From Massalongia carnosa (Eukaryota), in NCBI GenBank assembly GCA_965645245.1, contig OZ287072.1:992001-1056000 (forward strand): DNA of 64,000 nt, read 5' to 3'. Positions 48,543 through 62,182 of the stretch are shown here, one piece after another. The translations under genes and the position numbers were made by a program. The notes beneath the pieces were generated by a model. That model made no database searches, was not told where the DNA came from, and was given only the letters and a program-made list of their open reading frames with translations. Position 1 is the stretch's first letter. Each line of letters starts with the position of its first letter.

Positions 48543-50492
48543 TGCACACGGCTGGACGAGGTCAGTCAAGCCTTTGGTATGAGGTAGATGTATGGTTTAT
48601 GGAGGAAGAGAAACACCCAAGAGGGTATGGGGGGGTGGCAGGCGACTTTAATAAAAGCAGGGCCCCGTACAGAGAGTTACCAGCGCTGCGATCAAGCAGA
48701 AGACCCTTTAGCTCGCCTAAAGACGGCGTGATACAGGGAGGTAACTCGGTTGGGGATTAGTGACAAAGTGTTGAACTGCCTAGCGAGTGGCTAGTGAGTC
48801 GCGTCGAGACTCTTTTGGCGAGGAACGTACTTAAAGGTTCCTTTCTGGCGAGGATCAAATCGTATCCGTCCTTGGCATTCAGTCTGATGGATCGATATGT
48901 ACTCTGTAGCCAATGATGCTTCCTGCATGTGCCCGTGCCACTGTCACACAGTGCAATGGACCTTTAATCCTGTCAATCCAGTCACCTTCTCGCTTCTCGC
49001 TCTGTTGAATATCACTTCTAGGCCTAACGATATGCAACGAAGGTGCTAGAGATAGGCCAGGCGATGGTCCGATCTGATTCGACCGTCAGCTTATAACCCT
49101 CCAATACCTCCTTCAGATTAAGGAAAATAACGCCGAGGAAAACTCCTTGGAAGGCAAATCGATGATGACACCTTGTTGGTGGATGTCACTTGCTTCTTTC
49201 AAAAAGCCCAGATGTGGCTCTCTGCTAGCAAGTCAGCGTCGACGTATGGAGAACGTGGGCTTGGCAGAGAGATGTTGAATATCAATGTATGGAGGCGCCG
49301 TAGCTCAGAAGCTCGTACGAGAGACTGATTCAGCCCACGGGCAATTGGCATAAACACTACGGAGGCTCCCTCCTCGTTCGCTACAGAAAGTACCTACTCC
49401 GAACTGCGGATGTGAAGCCGAAGGGATAAGACGGTGGATTTAGAGCCTGACTGGCTTTCTTTCACCTATGACACTTTCGTTCCGGAAGAATGTTTCAGGC
49501 GCCTTGTGCGAGTTGGGATGCGTGGGTCGAATCCACTTGTGCAAGATCGATTTGCCATCCTGATGTGTCAGGGATGCCCTGCATTGATATGGAATGAAAA
49601 TTCCATTTAGGTTTGCTTTTCATCATACCGGGCACAGTTTGCAGGCCGTGGCGCGGTTTTTGAAAGACGACGTTGCAGAGCCAATCAGAGGACCCACGTG
49701 TAATACCCTCATCTAGGCTTGGCCCGAAAGTATCTAACTCCTCTGAATCTAGCACTCCCGTAGCTAGTGTTTTCATCCGCATGAAATCCCAAATGACGAC
49801 TTGTCTCGCATGTCCGCGTTCTCCAGGCCTTCGCCTGCACAGTCAACTTGAAGCCGCATCCCCAGAAACTTCAACATCTTGCTTTGAAGTTGCATGCAAG
49901 TTACGAAATTAGAAACCACCAGCCTGCCTTGATGCCGACCCAACCTTTCACTTTGGCCTTCATACATCAGAAATTCACACTTTCTCTGCAGGGGTGTATG
50001 GATGGAAACCATCTCCTGACAAGGATGCTGAGCCGTGCTCCTGGGATTTGGATCGGAAGGCCAACCCTGGAGAAGGCTAGTCTCTTCAGATTAATGCGGA
50101 GACGGCGAAACATAGGAGCGAGGGAAGCCTGTTCTATCACGCTATCCAGTTACTATGAGATAGATATAAAATTGTGACATGATCTCTGAGAGCCGCCGAT
50201 GTTAGCATCATGGCATTGTTGATGGCCTTGAACGGCTTCGATAAACCGTTCCGGCTAATAAAAATGTATCTCGCGGTTTCAGGGCTGAAACAAGCGACAA
50301 GTAAGTATATATGCAATGCCGCCATTTTATTCCTCTGCTAATGCTTGTAGCTGTTTGAAACTACTCGGTAACTTTACAAAGACCGATAACGACATCGGAC
50401 GTGCCGAGTTCTTATGCAACAAACATATAAGGCTTGAAGACCAAGCTTTCATAGTAACTGAATATTTGCGTGGTCGTTAGGCCCGAGGGTGG

Positions 50493-50502
50493 CCCACGTG
50501 GG
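50493..50502. promoter_or_regulatory. Candidate Pho4/NUC-1/PalcA bHLH site (CCCACGTGGG); second CACGTG at 49695-49700
   Basis: E-box motifs 1.2 and 2.0 kb upstream of the PHO84-like gene. Short motifs also arise by chance. Confidence 0.4.
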
Positions 50503-53500
50503 AGTCAAATAGGCGTTGGTGCAGCCACCAAAACCACGGAGTCTGAAGGCAAAACGTAAGTCAATAGGCGGTGAGAATTTGCTTATGCTTCAAAGAAATC
50601 TACTACGGGAAGAGAGAAGATTAGTGAGAGAGACGGATGGTCTGACCAAGAAGATTCTTGGGCAGGTGCCTGAATACCTGACAGGGAAATGGTGACACTT
50701 ATACCCTAAGTTTATACACTTCAGTACGCCTTGCTCCTAGGCTGCGTGGCTGCTCGTTTTGATCTGCAGGTAGCCACTCATGTCTTCAGCTTTACGTTTT
50801 GTCAGTCAGGTAATTGGCCATTTGGATACCTACGTGCTTAGGTATTCGTTCAGCTATGCATATAATCATTCTGTCATTCAGGCCTTCGATCCCTCTGTCT
50901 TGAGTTCTCCATTCAGTCCCTTAGCCATTCATTCATTCATTGCTTTTTGATGGTTGATTCTTCACTATGGATGTATTAAGTCAACTCTTTCTGATCTTTC
51001 TTTAATCGCATGAACAACCGATTGACTGACCCGTTCGATGATTTGATCAAATGGGCTAAACGGGGCAGCTAAATTTGGAGTCGGGTGCATGTCCACCTGT
51101 TTTACTTAACATTGATTATACCTAATTAACGCGCAATGAGAGATCGGAAGAAATGACAATAGAATATATCCATTGCATTAAATATTAAAAGTACGGGTTC
51201 CCCGGAGGAATATGGAAACCATACATCTTCTAGCAGCTGGGCAGCAGCTTCTGAAACCGACAAACAATCTGTAAACGAAATACCCGTTGCACTTGCCTAT
51301 CATCTCGGGAATGATCATCCAGTTCCAATCCGAGATCGAAATCCAGGCAAATATGAACAATCCGGCCGTAATCGGTTCCTATACTGTCCTCAGCTCGTTA
51401 TTCGAGCATCAGAAGAAATTGAAGAGCCAAGGGTTTATGTGAGGTTTGCGTTTTAGCACCGGCCGGCTTGCTCTTTTCAGTGATGTCTTCCAGCGAGTCT
51501 TCGAACTCCAGCTCCAGCAAGATCATGCCAAGGCGAAGAGCGATTCATTCTTCACAAATGGATCCGGGACTAAGGTCTGCCTTCCTTGTCCTTCCTTTAG
51601 ATCGGCGAAGGAAGTGGAGTTTTCTTTTGAGACCGTACTGGGTGATTCGCATACTTGTATTGGCCTTGCTTGGCTGACACTCATGTGGGAGCATTATGCC
51701 CCTAGTCCCGTCAATGCAGACACGAAGGCAAGCCATGACGGTGCCTTCAAAGTCCCTAAAGCGGCAGAAATTATGGTGCCTGAGAACTATTGATAAAACT
51801 TCCCACGTCGATTTAGACTCGCTGAAACATTGGGTGAGGCCTAGATATAAAAAACTAAGCAGGAAACTGGAGGAAGCTAGTGATGGAGAATCTCGGACAA
51901 GCCGGACGCTTTCGGAAACGCTGGCTTTGATACTCCAAAAAACACATCGAAATAAAACCCACCAACTCTATCTTTAGCAAATATAGCTTCGCGTATGTTG
52001 TGTATTCAAAGATTAACCGTACATCCTACCCATGCCGATAATCCATCTTGAAAATGCTCGGATTCTGATCACGGCTTTGCATGAAGACCCCCCCCTCTTC
52101 TCCCCGGCGATTTACGAAGTTTTTGTTTCTGTTTCTGAAAATTGGAATCCCTCCAGGAAAGTGCTCGATAGATTATGCCGTATAAGTAATTTGTCGGCAA
52201 TACATTTCTGTTTGATTTATATAACGATCGATGATCCATAAACCGATGATAGCGGTAGCTTTCATGTCAGTTTCTCTGGAAAGGTGTAACTACATAGTGG
52301 GAAACTCAAAAGGACCAACAGTCAAAATAATTCTTTTTATTAGCGCTATGTAAGCTGATTCTATACACAGTTTGCTAATGGTGTCCCACCAGAATTGTAT
52401 GGGTACGATTGGAAAGTGGCCATATTGTCAAGCTGGAAGCATGCATACTTCTACCACGGTGATATACCAGAAGCAGACCTGACACCTGATTTAGGGAGAG
52501 CTGAGTAAAGAGATAGTCTCAGACAGGCATATAAGTCCGGAAGCGTTGGAACAACCAAACGCGCCTGTACGAGCACGAATGGGCGAGGGTCAGTCTCATC
52601 TAGTTTTCTGATGCTTCTTTCAATTTGCTTCTTTATTTCCTACCGTGAAGCGAAAAATCCCGGCGGGTTGAATTGAGCGCAAGACGAAGGGAGGGCCGCC
52701 TGAAAACGGATTCGCATACTACATAACCACAACCGCAGTCGAAAGCAACCCGAAGAAATCAGTTGCGGTTGCCCTCCTCAGACGTCACTCCTGCGATTCA
52801 CCGCCCAGGAAGATCTTGGGGGAGTCGGACGGTTTCGAAGCCTGTGACAAAGCGATCTGCCCTAACTCGAACCCCTTTGTTCCCCGTACCTTAGCCAGCG
52901 GTCCAGCGCATCGAGACCACAGCCAAACCAGCAGCAGGGAGATATCTTCGCATATGAAAGGCGTCCGTCACTGGGGACTGTGGAGCTTCAGTCATTCGCC
53001 TATCAATCCCTCGCACCCAGGTCGCTTCGCGGAGAACTCGGCCACAGCAGGTCAGTCATGCTCAAGTTATCGCTTGGCAGCCAATGGGGAGGTGTTAGGG
53101 AAACGGGGGAGGAGGCAGGTAAGAACGAATGCGTAGCTGTGTGAGAGCCGAAAGAAAATGCCAGCCGCAGACGCCCGTGTTATCATTTACCACCCCCTTT
53201 CTTTTTGGGTGGGGTTTTGAGATCTGACATTTTGGGGGTTAAGATATTGATGCGCGGGCACCAGATGTGTTCTGCAGTGGAGGGATTGGCGGGCTTGGGA
53301 GAAGAAATACAGTGGTAGAACAAGAGAGAGAGGGAGAAGTGTGGGTTGAATGGTTTCATATAAGGAAATTAAATGTATCATTGCAAGAAGGCTTCCGTTG
53401 AAGCTTTCAAAGAGAAGAAATATCAGAGGGCTAGACCATTTTTTGTAGACGAGGATGGAGTTGATGACGAGTGAGAATGGGTGCCAGTGGGCTGAAGGGT

Positions 53501-53886
53501 TGAATTCGCTTTTGGGTTTGGGTAAAGTGGTAGAATTTGATATTGGAGACTAGAGGTGGAGGAGATCCGGGATGGATGTTATTAGCAGTTAGGTTAGGCA
53601 GTAGGATTGAGTGTGTTCATTTCAAGAGATCTCTGCATTGGTTGCACCTTATGTATGACTCCTCGAAAAGGGATAGTTAGCAACTATATCTCTTATTATT
53701 CAACTCATTTCATCCCGGCAAAAGGCAAGAGATCCCAGAAATCCTTTGAACAGCAGCAAAAATGGCAAGCAAATCCGCATATAAAGTTCAAGAGCCAGAT
53801 TTCAAGCAAAAATAGAATGCAAAGCAAAGGAAGATGCCAAACTTCCACACACATGTCTTCTCGCGCTCCACAGCAATCGTATCATA

Positions 53887-55141
53887 TCACCCTTCAAGCA
53901 GCTGGACTACCTGCGATGCTATAAAGTTGTGCATGGGATATGTAGGGTGGAGATCATTTAGCCACATATATTTGTCCACGGGAAAGCCACACGACGAGTC
54001 GAAGAAATTGAATGTGGGTGTGCCACTATACTCATGTTAGAATGACGCATCAAGACTATAGGGAGGCGGGATACTTACTGCTCGTAAACGTCACAGAATG
54101 TAGTGGTGTCTTCGAAGCCCGATGTTTCTGCAAAGGAAGTGGGCTTGCTTAGAGCCAAAGTGAACAGCCAGTTAGTGTCAAACTGAAATACGGTTGTTTC
54201 TGGAAACCTAGAAGCAAGGTTGATTGCGAGGAACTTAAGGCGGAAGTTGAACAGCCCGATGTATGCCGCTAAAGTAGATCGAGCGTTGTCGCTTTTTTGC
54301 AGTGAGCCAGGCGTACGATCAATGGGTGGGACATTCATGATGAGGAAATTACGAGCACCGGTATCGTAAAGCTAGCTTACAACATTAGAAACTCTCCGGA
54401 TAAATTAGACCACTGGCGTAAACTTGCCTGATGGACGAGTCTTTCATAGGACTTGATGAGAGCGTAGTTGAGAGAGCCATTCCGCTGTGAGTAGGATAAA
54501 ATCACATCATTGATACCGAAGAAAATAGTGAACAAGCTATTGGCTGCGGACCACGATACTTCTGCTTTGTCCCCATATAGCGGAATAAACTCGTCCTGGA
54601 CCTGTTGTTTAAAGCTCTGTACGATGTCTCCAAATGGGGATGCTACAAGCGATGGATCAATAGTAGCCCCTCCAAACCCAAGATTGAACGTCTCGACGTA
54701 GCTGCGGTTGTAAGTAGTACTCAAGAAATCCACATAATTTGGACCGTCGGAAGAGGTACTGCCGGGGTATGCTGGATTTCCGAGCGGATTCGTTGGGTTG
54801 GGCTGCGGCCCATGGGCGTCGAAACCTGTGCTCGTATACGAGTCACCGCTGCGAAGAGAATTAGAAATACCATCTCAGCGCTCGGGCTTAGCGACAAACA
54901 ATGTAAAGAGATACTTGACGCTTGACCAACCGCTCCAAGCCCTAGGCGACCTCCTGGAACCCACCCGGGATGCAGGATCAGCCCATGATGCCTTGCCACG
55001 CCAATGCTGTGGCTTTGTGCTAAAGCCCTCCGGGAGCGAGGGGGGAGGGTAACAACCGGGTTGAAGCTGTCCATCAGGAAACTCATAGGATTGGCTAGAG
55101 CAAAAGAGGGCCAAGAGGGCTAGAAAGAAAGTAAGATGCAT
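53887..55141 (-). CDS. Secreted GDSL/SGNH acetylesterase (carbohydrate esterase family 16-like), multi-exon
   Basis: Signal peptide MHLTFFLALLALFCSSQS, GDSYTSTGF, NLGFGGATID, FFGINDV, GARNFLIMNVPP and WLNDLHPT (DxHP). Confidence 0.88.
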
Positions 55142-56999
55142 GGCAACGCTGGAGCTTTTTGAAGGCAAAAAGGTTAGAAGGAATGGGCAGTGCGAAGGCT
55201 TGATAGCAGCACAGCAGTTGGAAGGAATGGCTATGGAAAGCTGAAAGTAAAAAGCCCAGCAAAGGCAGGAAAAGCATCAAAGAGAATGGATCTGTTGAAG
55301 CTGGAATGCAGAACATGATGAACGAAAACATGTTGGCTTTAGGAACTACTGAACGTAGGAGGGGTTCGTTTTGGCTCCACTTTTCTATTCTGGGGGTTCG
55401 GCAGCTTCCAGACAGGGGGTTGCAAAGGAGGGCATTGGGAATTGCTGGATGATGGTGCTCAACGCCAACGTTTCTCTCAAGTAGGAGGGCTTGTATGCAA
55501 TATGCTACATGCGTTAAAGCGAGGTAGGTAGGTAGTCACACGACAGCATGAGGTAGGTGATGACATAGGCAGCTGAAGACCTAGGTACCTACCGATGTAT
55601 TCGAGCTGCTCTTCGCCATGTTCTCTCATCTCTAGAACAAGTGACAATCAATTCATCCGCCAAAAAAGAAGGCTCAAAGAGTCATAACTTTGCCGTTCAT
55701 GGGCTGGCCACACAACCTGTATAGCTCTCACGTGTATAAAAAGTCCTTAGGAGACAGGCCGAGAAGAGTAAAAGCCAAATTATACACCAGAATGGAATGC
55801 CTATCGCCTATTTCTGTACCGCCCGGTTTACGTGGCGAAAAGTTCTCGAATGTGTAACATCGGGAGGCTGCTTGACTGAAGTATGTCTGCAGCAAGGCGT
55901 CGAAGGTGCTTGGCTTACTGCTCCTGCTATACGGGATTCGAGTGAATGGTTATTGCCTCTCCGACCTCAAAGATATAGAAGATAGAACTAATGAGAAACG
56001 AAAACCATAGGAAAGAGCTAGGAAGCGTATTCTAATGATATCCTTAGGAGGGTCGGGTCTTATCCGAAAGGAATTTGCGGATATCAGCTTCACCCACAGG
56101 TCACAAGCGGTTCAACCTTCGCCTTCATACCACATAACTAGCTGCACAGAAAGATTAGACTCACAGTCTGGAGTGGCAATTAAATAGGTAAGGCAAGCAA
56201 ACAAAGCGAAGAGACTTATCTCGAATAATATTCTCTCACGTGAGCTAGCGCCGGCTAGCTATACCCGAAGCTATACCTTAGGCATTTGTGTTAAATGGTA
56301 AGGCTACATCGGTTAGATGGTCAGACTACCCACGGGTGCCTGCCAGGCATCTATAGGAGGTGCCTAACAGGCAGTTCGGGAGGTGCCTTGCAAAGTGCCT
56401 AAAAAAAGCAGATACGGGAGTCAAGGTCTGATCGTCAGGGTGCCTAAACAAGCAGGTATGGGGGGACAAGGTGTGACCGTTTAGGCTCCTAGATGTGACT
56501 ATTTTATGACTGCTATATAAAGCAGACTTATAGCCCACATAGATAATTACCTTCAATGACAATCATGCTACTATACCTACAAAGTGAATTTATTTTTCAT
56601 AATTTGTACCTCTTACTACCAAATATGTTTGTGACGAGGAAACTTTGGCATACAGTTACGTGCAACATAAAGGGCGAAGAAGGAGCCGGCCGATTCTTTG
56701 CTGGCCTGCTATGATCAGTTGCATACAGGATGGATAAGATTTGTGGCAGTTGCCTACCGAACAAAAGTAAATCGCTCGGTTTACACTATGGGTCTTCGTT
56801 ATATAAGCCTTACCGATACGGAAGGCATGCAATAACAAGTAGGTATGAACCACGTCATATTGAAGTTCTCGTCGCTACCTAGCTCCTCAACTGCTTACCT
56901 CCAAACATGCCGCCTTGCTCTTCTCTACCACTACCCCCAACAAATTTTCCAGCGCTCCTAAACGTGAGCCCTCCCGTTTCCGCAACACGTGGTAACTCC

Positions 57000-57678
57000 T
57001 CACTTGTCTGAGGCTTTCTGCAGGGTCCATACTCCGCTAGTGTTCTCCTCCGTGTCTTGAAAAAGCTGCATCCACCCGGTACTGCCCTCCTTTACCTTTT
57101 CACCGACCATTTTGCCTCCGGCAGCTTGCACCTTCTGCACGCACCGAAAATAAAGCATTTTAGCACTCGTTATTCCCCAATGAAAGACGAAGTAAGACGA
57201 AAGAGAAATCCCGGGTCTCCGCATGAAAAGGGGAAGTAGGGAGAGGAGCGGGGGGGAGGTGATTAAAAGAGAATATGAGCAAACCTACACCAGCCGTCTC
57301 CTCGATGCTGTCAACGTAGAGATAGTTTACCACCCCTCCGGACGTACGCTTCGTATCTTCCTGTTTCGTGATCCCGCCCTCCACCATAGCGGCGCCGACC
57401 CTTGGATCCGGGAACTCAAACATGGCTATGCGGTCTTCGGGATATTCATCTGATCCAGGCTTGAAGCTCCAACCAAAGACTTGGCTGTAGAATTCCTTTG
57501 CTGCAAAATGAGCGTTTGTCAGCATACTGACAGTTTCTGTTTTGCTCAATAGTATCTTCTCTGGGGCCGAGCACAGGGGATGATAGGACTAGATGTACAC
57601 ACCACGAGCGACTTCTGTAGCGGGGATTTTAACCCAGCATAGGGAACCGTTTTTGGGTGGTGTATACTTGTTAGCCAT
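57000..57678 (-). CDS. Glyoxalase/bleomycin-resistance (VOC) family protein, 3 exons
   Basis: MANKYTPPKNGSLCWVKIPATEVAR-AKEFYSQVFGWSF...GGVVNYLYVDSIEET-KVQAAGGKMV...FQDTEENTSGVW. Confidence 0.8.
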
Positions 57679-59240
57679 GACGACTACGACGCTGCTGGAT
57701 TCGGAAAAATGAAACTTGGACAGATGATAATCAGGCTATAAATGAGAAGATATGAAGGGGAGGTCCAGCTTGAGTGACGAAAATTAAAATTTTAAAACCT
57801 CCTAACCTCATTCTTATATGTGTTTCGCACACTCTCTCAAACCCCCAATCCGCATTTTCATTACATACAGTGTCCACCAAATGATTCATAAATGTGGAGG
57901 AATCCCGTCCCTATTCTTCATCCAGCTAGGTTTTGAACGCGTCCCCGCGTCGGACAGAAATCGCGCATTGCAACATGTAATCATGTGCTCGCTTGCGTTC
58001 AGCCTCTGCGCTATCGTATTATCTTCCAGCGAATCGCCAACATCGCCAAGGTTCTCAACCTAGCATGGGTAGCCTCGAGCGGGGACGAAGAACCAGGATA
58101 AGTGAGTCAGAGTGGTTTGGGTTTGTATTTTCATTCTGTATCGAACCATGGTGAATACAGCTAAACCAATCCAGACTTAATAACTACTGTAGGATCCATT
58201 AACGGACCAGCTCTCCGCTACAAAAACGAATTTACCCTGGCTTAACCTAATCTAGGGAGAACATAAGGAAGTCTTTATAAGTCCAGTCAATGATTCACGG
58301 CCTTAATGTCTTCTGGCCAAGGGGCGGCATTTCAGCCACCAGGTTGCGCTTGTGCAAGCGGTTCAATGGATGTTTTACTAGAATAAGTTCTAACTAGCGC
58401 ATGGTCGAAAAGTGCATGAACCAGCTCTGCTCTCATGTGAAGACTATCGGCGATGATAACATCTTGTTGAATTGTCTATTAAGCGGGCTGTTTTCGGCCT
58501 GTAGGCGGTCGCGGTACGGAGTACAGGATTGTGCGTAATCTGACCTGTTGATCAGACTTGGCCTACATAGAGGCTTTTCTTGCTAGGTAGACACGCGGAA
58601 AATCCTTTAGAATCCGCCAAAACTCAAAGATGAAAGGAAAGGAAAGTCCGACGGTAGAGCAGAATTACAGACGGAGTATGGAGGTTCGAAGGAAAAGGTT
58701 AGACCGCTAACATCAACCTGATGATGCATTCGAGCCATATAACCATTCTCATTCATGCAAGCCATGTCATGATGTTGTTTAGACCACGTGGTTTCGGCTG
58801 GCCTTTATTGATATAGATCTAATCAATCAGCGTATGGACCCCATTCCGGCTGAGCGGCCTTACTGCTCCCATCCCTGCCCCCAAATATGCCTACGGTATT
58901 TCCCGAGGCAACTCCCGTGATGCTTGAACGAACAACCATTCTTATGATCCTTCTTTACTTGACTGTCTTCATTTCTCCTCGCCCGTATTTTCTGGGAGGA
59001 AGCCATTGGTTGGGTCCACTACCCCAACAAAGCCACGACGAGAAGATAGTTCTAGCCTGAAAAAAAAGGTTTGAAATAAACAATTGTCAGGGATGTCCTG
59101 CCGTCTGGTTTTTACTACGGTCTACATGATCAAACTTATACTCGACGGCCTCATGCCAACCAGCTCATGATGAGGTAGGACGGAAACGTCCTCGGGCCCT
59201 GCTTCCAATATCAAAAGAATATCGGTGAGTCAGGGGGAAA

Positions 59241-62182
59241 TCATGTCTCAAGAAAAGTGCCCGCTTGTATAGTTACTGGTTCTGTATGACCAAAATAAAA
59301 ATGCCAAAGTCGGCTCCCTTGCTTGAGCAATTCCACCGCAGCTTGCCGAACGTCTGAGCTGTCTGTATGTGTTTTTGATGTGTACACCTCAGTATAACCA
59401 ACTAAACAGATAACTCGTCTCTTCGGGTCTACAAGGCAGCGCCAGCTCCCAGGGTTTTTTACCATTCCTGTACACATATGGCTGATAGGAACGCCCTCCG
59501 AATGTTCCGTCAAGGCCACCCTCTTCAGACCTCTAGTATATTTTGTGGGCATACCTCCCGCGTATGTCCTTGCATGAAGAGCCTGCGTTGCAATGGGTTA
59601 CGGATATCAAAGGTTGCCAAGAAAACCACTTTTCTAGAAAGGTCAAAGCTTTCATATTCCATTGGGGTTTATTGTTGCAGTTCGTTAACGATACCAACAC
59701 GGTGGCTAACTTGAGGCCTTGCACCTCCTCCACAGTCTGAACTTGACGGTTGCCGTCAACGCCGGTTATACCAAGCTCCATGTTTGATCCGCAGGCAGCA
59801 ACGATTGTGACTATCGTACTGTTATAAATGGTACGCATTTGCGTAAGCTGGTGACTTCTCGATTCGAGATCCTCCTGAAAAATGTAAAGAGAAACCAACC
59901 CTCCGATATCGTTCTCTCAATCACGCTCAAGAAAACAGGCAAGGATGACTATTCGGCCCCGAACGCCTATCGACCCATAGCACTCCTAAACACGCTTGGA
60001 AAAGTAATGGAATCCATCATGTCAAAAAAAACCCATCTAGCGGAAACCCACCGACTCCTGCCCGACACCCAGATGGGCGCCAGACGAGGAAGATCAACCG
60101 AATCTGCACTAGAATTGTTGACTGAACAAATTTATACAGTGTGGGGCCAAGGCACAGACAAAGTAGCCACATTATTGAGCATGGACGTAGCAGGAGCCTA
60201 TGACACAGTGACACATCGAAGACTGATTCACAATCTTCGCAAAAGGAAAATCCCAAAATGGATCACTGACTGGGTGAACAGTTTTCTAAATGAAAGAAGC
60301 ACTACCCTGGCGATTCACAGCCGAGTCACGGGCATATTCGATGTAAAAACCGGAATCCCACAAGGCTCCCCCATTTCTCCTATTCTTTATCTGTTCTACA
60401 ATGCAGACCTACTAGACATATGTGAAAGACCAGGCAGCAACACGAGTGCTCTAGGCTTCGTAGATGACATCAATGTGCTAGCATACGGAAAAAGCACCGA
60501 AGAAAATTGCAAGACGCTAGAGGTAATTCACAAAAAATGTGAAAAATGGGCAAGTCGACATGGTTCAGTCTTCGCTCCGAAGAAATACGAATTGATACAT
60601 CTGTCAAGAAATCCGAAGAAATTCAACATGTTCACTGTTATTCAAATAGGAAATAACATCATAAAACCAAAGACAGACATCAGAATTCTAGGACTTCAAA
60701 TCGATTCAAAATTGAAATGGGGTGCTCACACAAGGAAAATCCAGGAAAAAATGACAAAACAATCCAGGGCATTGACAAAAATATCCACCTCCACATGGGG
60801 CGCCACTCTTCTAAAGGCACGCCAGGTTTACACCGCCGTAGTCCGGCCGGCCATGACGTACGGCTCTACCATTTGGCACATGCCAAAAGAAATTCAAAAA
60901 TCAAACGTCATCTCAAACAAACCGACTGTCATACAAAACAAATGTCTAAGAAACATAGCCGGAGCCTTCAAAGCAACGCCCATAGCTGTACTAGAAGCAG
61001 AGACATTTATAGCCTCAATTGACATTCATTTAGATCAACTACAGGCCCAGACCAGACAACGCCTGTGTCGAAATGGTCAAAAGAGTTTCATCACAAATGC
61101 ATGCAACAAAATAGCCAATAAACTTCGAGGTCGGGCAGGACGCAAGAGGGCCCCAGTCATCACTCCAGGAACGCTGAAATACGCCTGGGCCAAGAGAATC
61201 ATATCGGAGGCACATAACCCTCCAACACCGACACCAAATCCACCATGGGGCGAATCCCCCCCGAATCTCGCCCGAGAAATAGGGGAGGCACGCGCCGCTC
61301 ATAACAAAATAACTGCTCAAATAAAAAAACTACACACATTTGCATGGCAGGCCTCGTGGAGATCATATCAGGAACGCACACCCGTTCCCACCCCGGCACA
61401 ATCAGGTTCACTCTCCAAAAAACGCATCAAATTGCACGAAACTCTAGCCAAAGCGGAGAGTGCGCTAGCCATTCAGATACGCTCAGAAAAGATAGGCCTA
61501 GCCGCCTTCCTACATAGACACCGAGTCCCAGACGTCTCGTCCCCGAACTGCTCATGTGGCTGGCACAAACAGACTGCAAAACATGTGATCATGTTTTGCA
61601 AACTCAACGACAACAGAAAAACTCTGCTAAATACGATAGGCACAAACAACTATCGATTAATCACTGAATCATCTAAAGCAATGAAATTAGTCACAAAGTG
61701 GCTAATGAAGACAGGTTTGTTGTCACAATTTTCGCTGACAGCACAGCATCTATACTGCTAACAGTAGGCATGCTTTGTTTCATTTTTCATACTTGTCTTA
61801 GGTCAAAGGTTTTTTCATGGAGCATACGGCTGGGACCCGGAGGGTCCTCGGCTGGACACAGGATTGCATGGTTTTTCTTCCTCAAGGTTTTCCATGTACT
61901 ATAAAACTAGATAGACTCGCCCGCATGGGCCGGCCTTCGGCCGGTACCACATCGGAATAAGAATCATCATCATCATCATCATCATCGTTCTCTCATGGAT
62001 TGAATAAGTTTTATCGCATGCTTGATGGTATTTGGCAATTTTCGCGGTAAGCGGGTCTGCAATTCGTGATCTTTGGATTGTGCAATCTTGTCTTTCGTTG
62101 CTTGGAAGCTTTCCAGGGTCAATTTGAACCCCCTGTAACTTAGCACCACGTATCGATAGCCTTGCCGAAGCTCTGATGACAT
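59241..62182 (-). pseudogene. HET-domain (heterokaryon incompatibility-like) pseudogene split by a LINE insertion
   Basis: Right of the LINE: YVVLSY...LPNTIKHAIKLIQSMRERY. Left of it: SLYIFQEDLESRSHQLTQMRTIYNSTIVTIVAACGSNMELGITGV. These are consecutive HET motifs, with additional frameshifts. Outer limits are approximate. Confidence 0.75.
59920..61983 (+). mobile_element. 5'-truncated Tad-like non-LTR retrotransposon (LINE), 2064 bp; RT-coding frame open to 61761
   Basis: RT motifs YRPIALLNTLGKVME, LDVAGA-type MDVAGAYD, GIPQGSPISPILYLFY and GFVDD. C-terminal CxC...H...C knuckle, (CAT)n tail, and TSD ATCGTTCTCTCA at 59908-59919 and 61984-61995. Confidence 0.95.

Noticed and set aside
51000..52240. 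Possible degenerate gene (faint BTB-like stretch FSTGRLALFSDVFQRVFE)
   Set aside because: Fragmented frames, and the similarity is too weak to support without a search.
59839..59919. N-terminal part of the 640-aa ORF as a real RT start
   Set aside because: It lies outside the TSD. It is antisense HET sequence fortuitously in frame with the truncated LINE.
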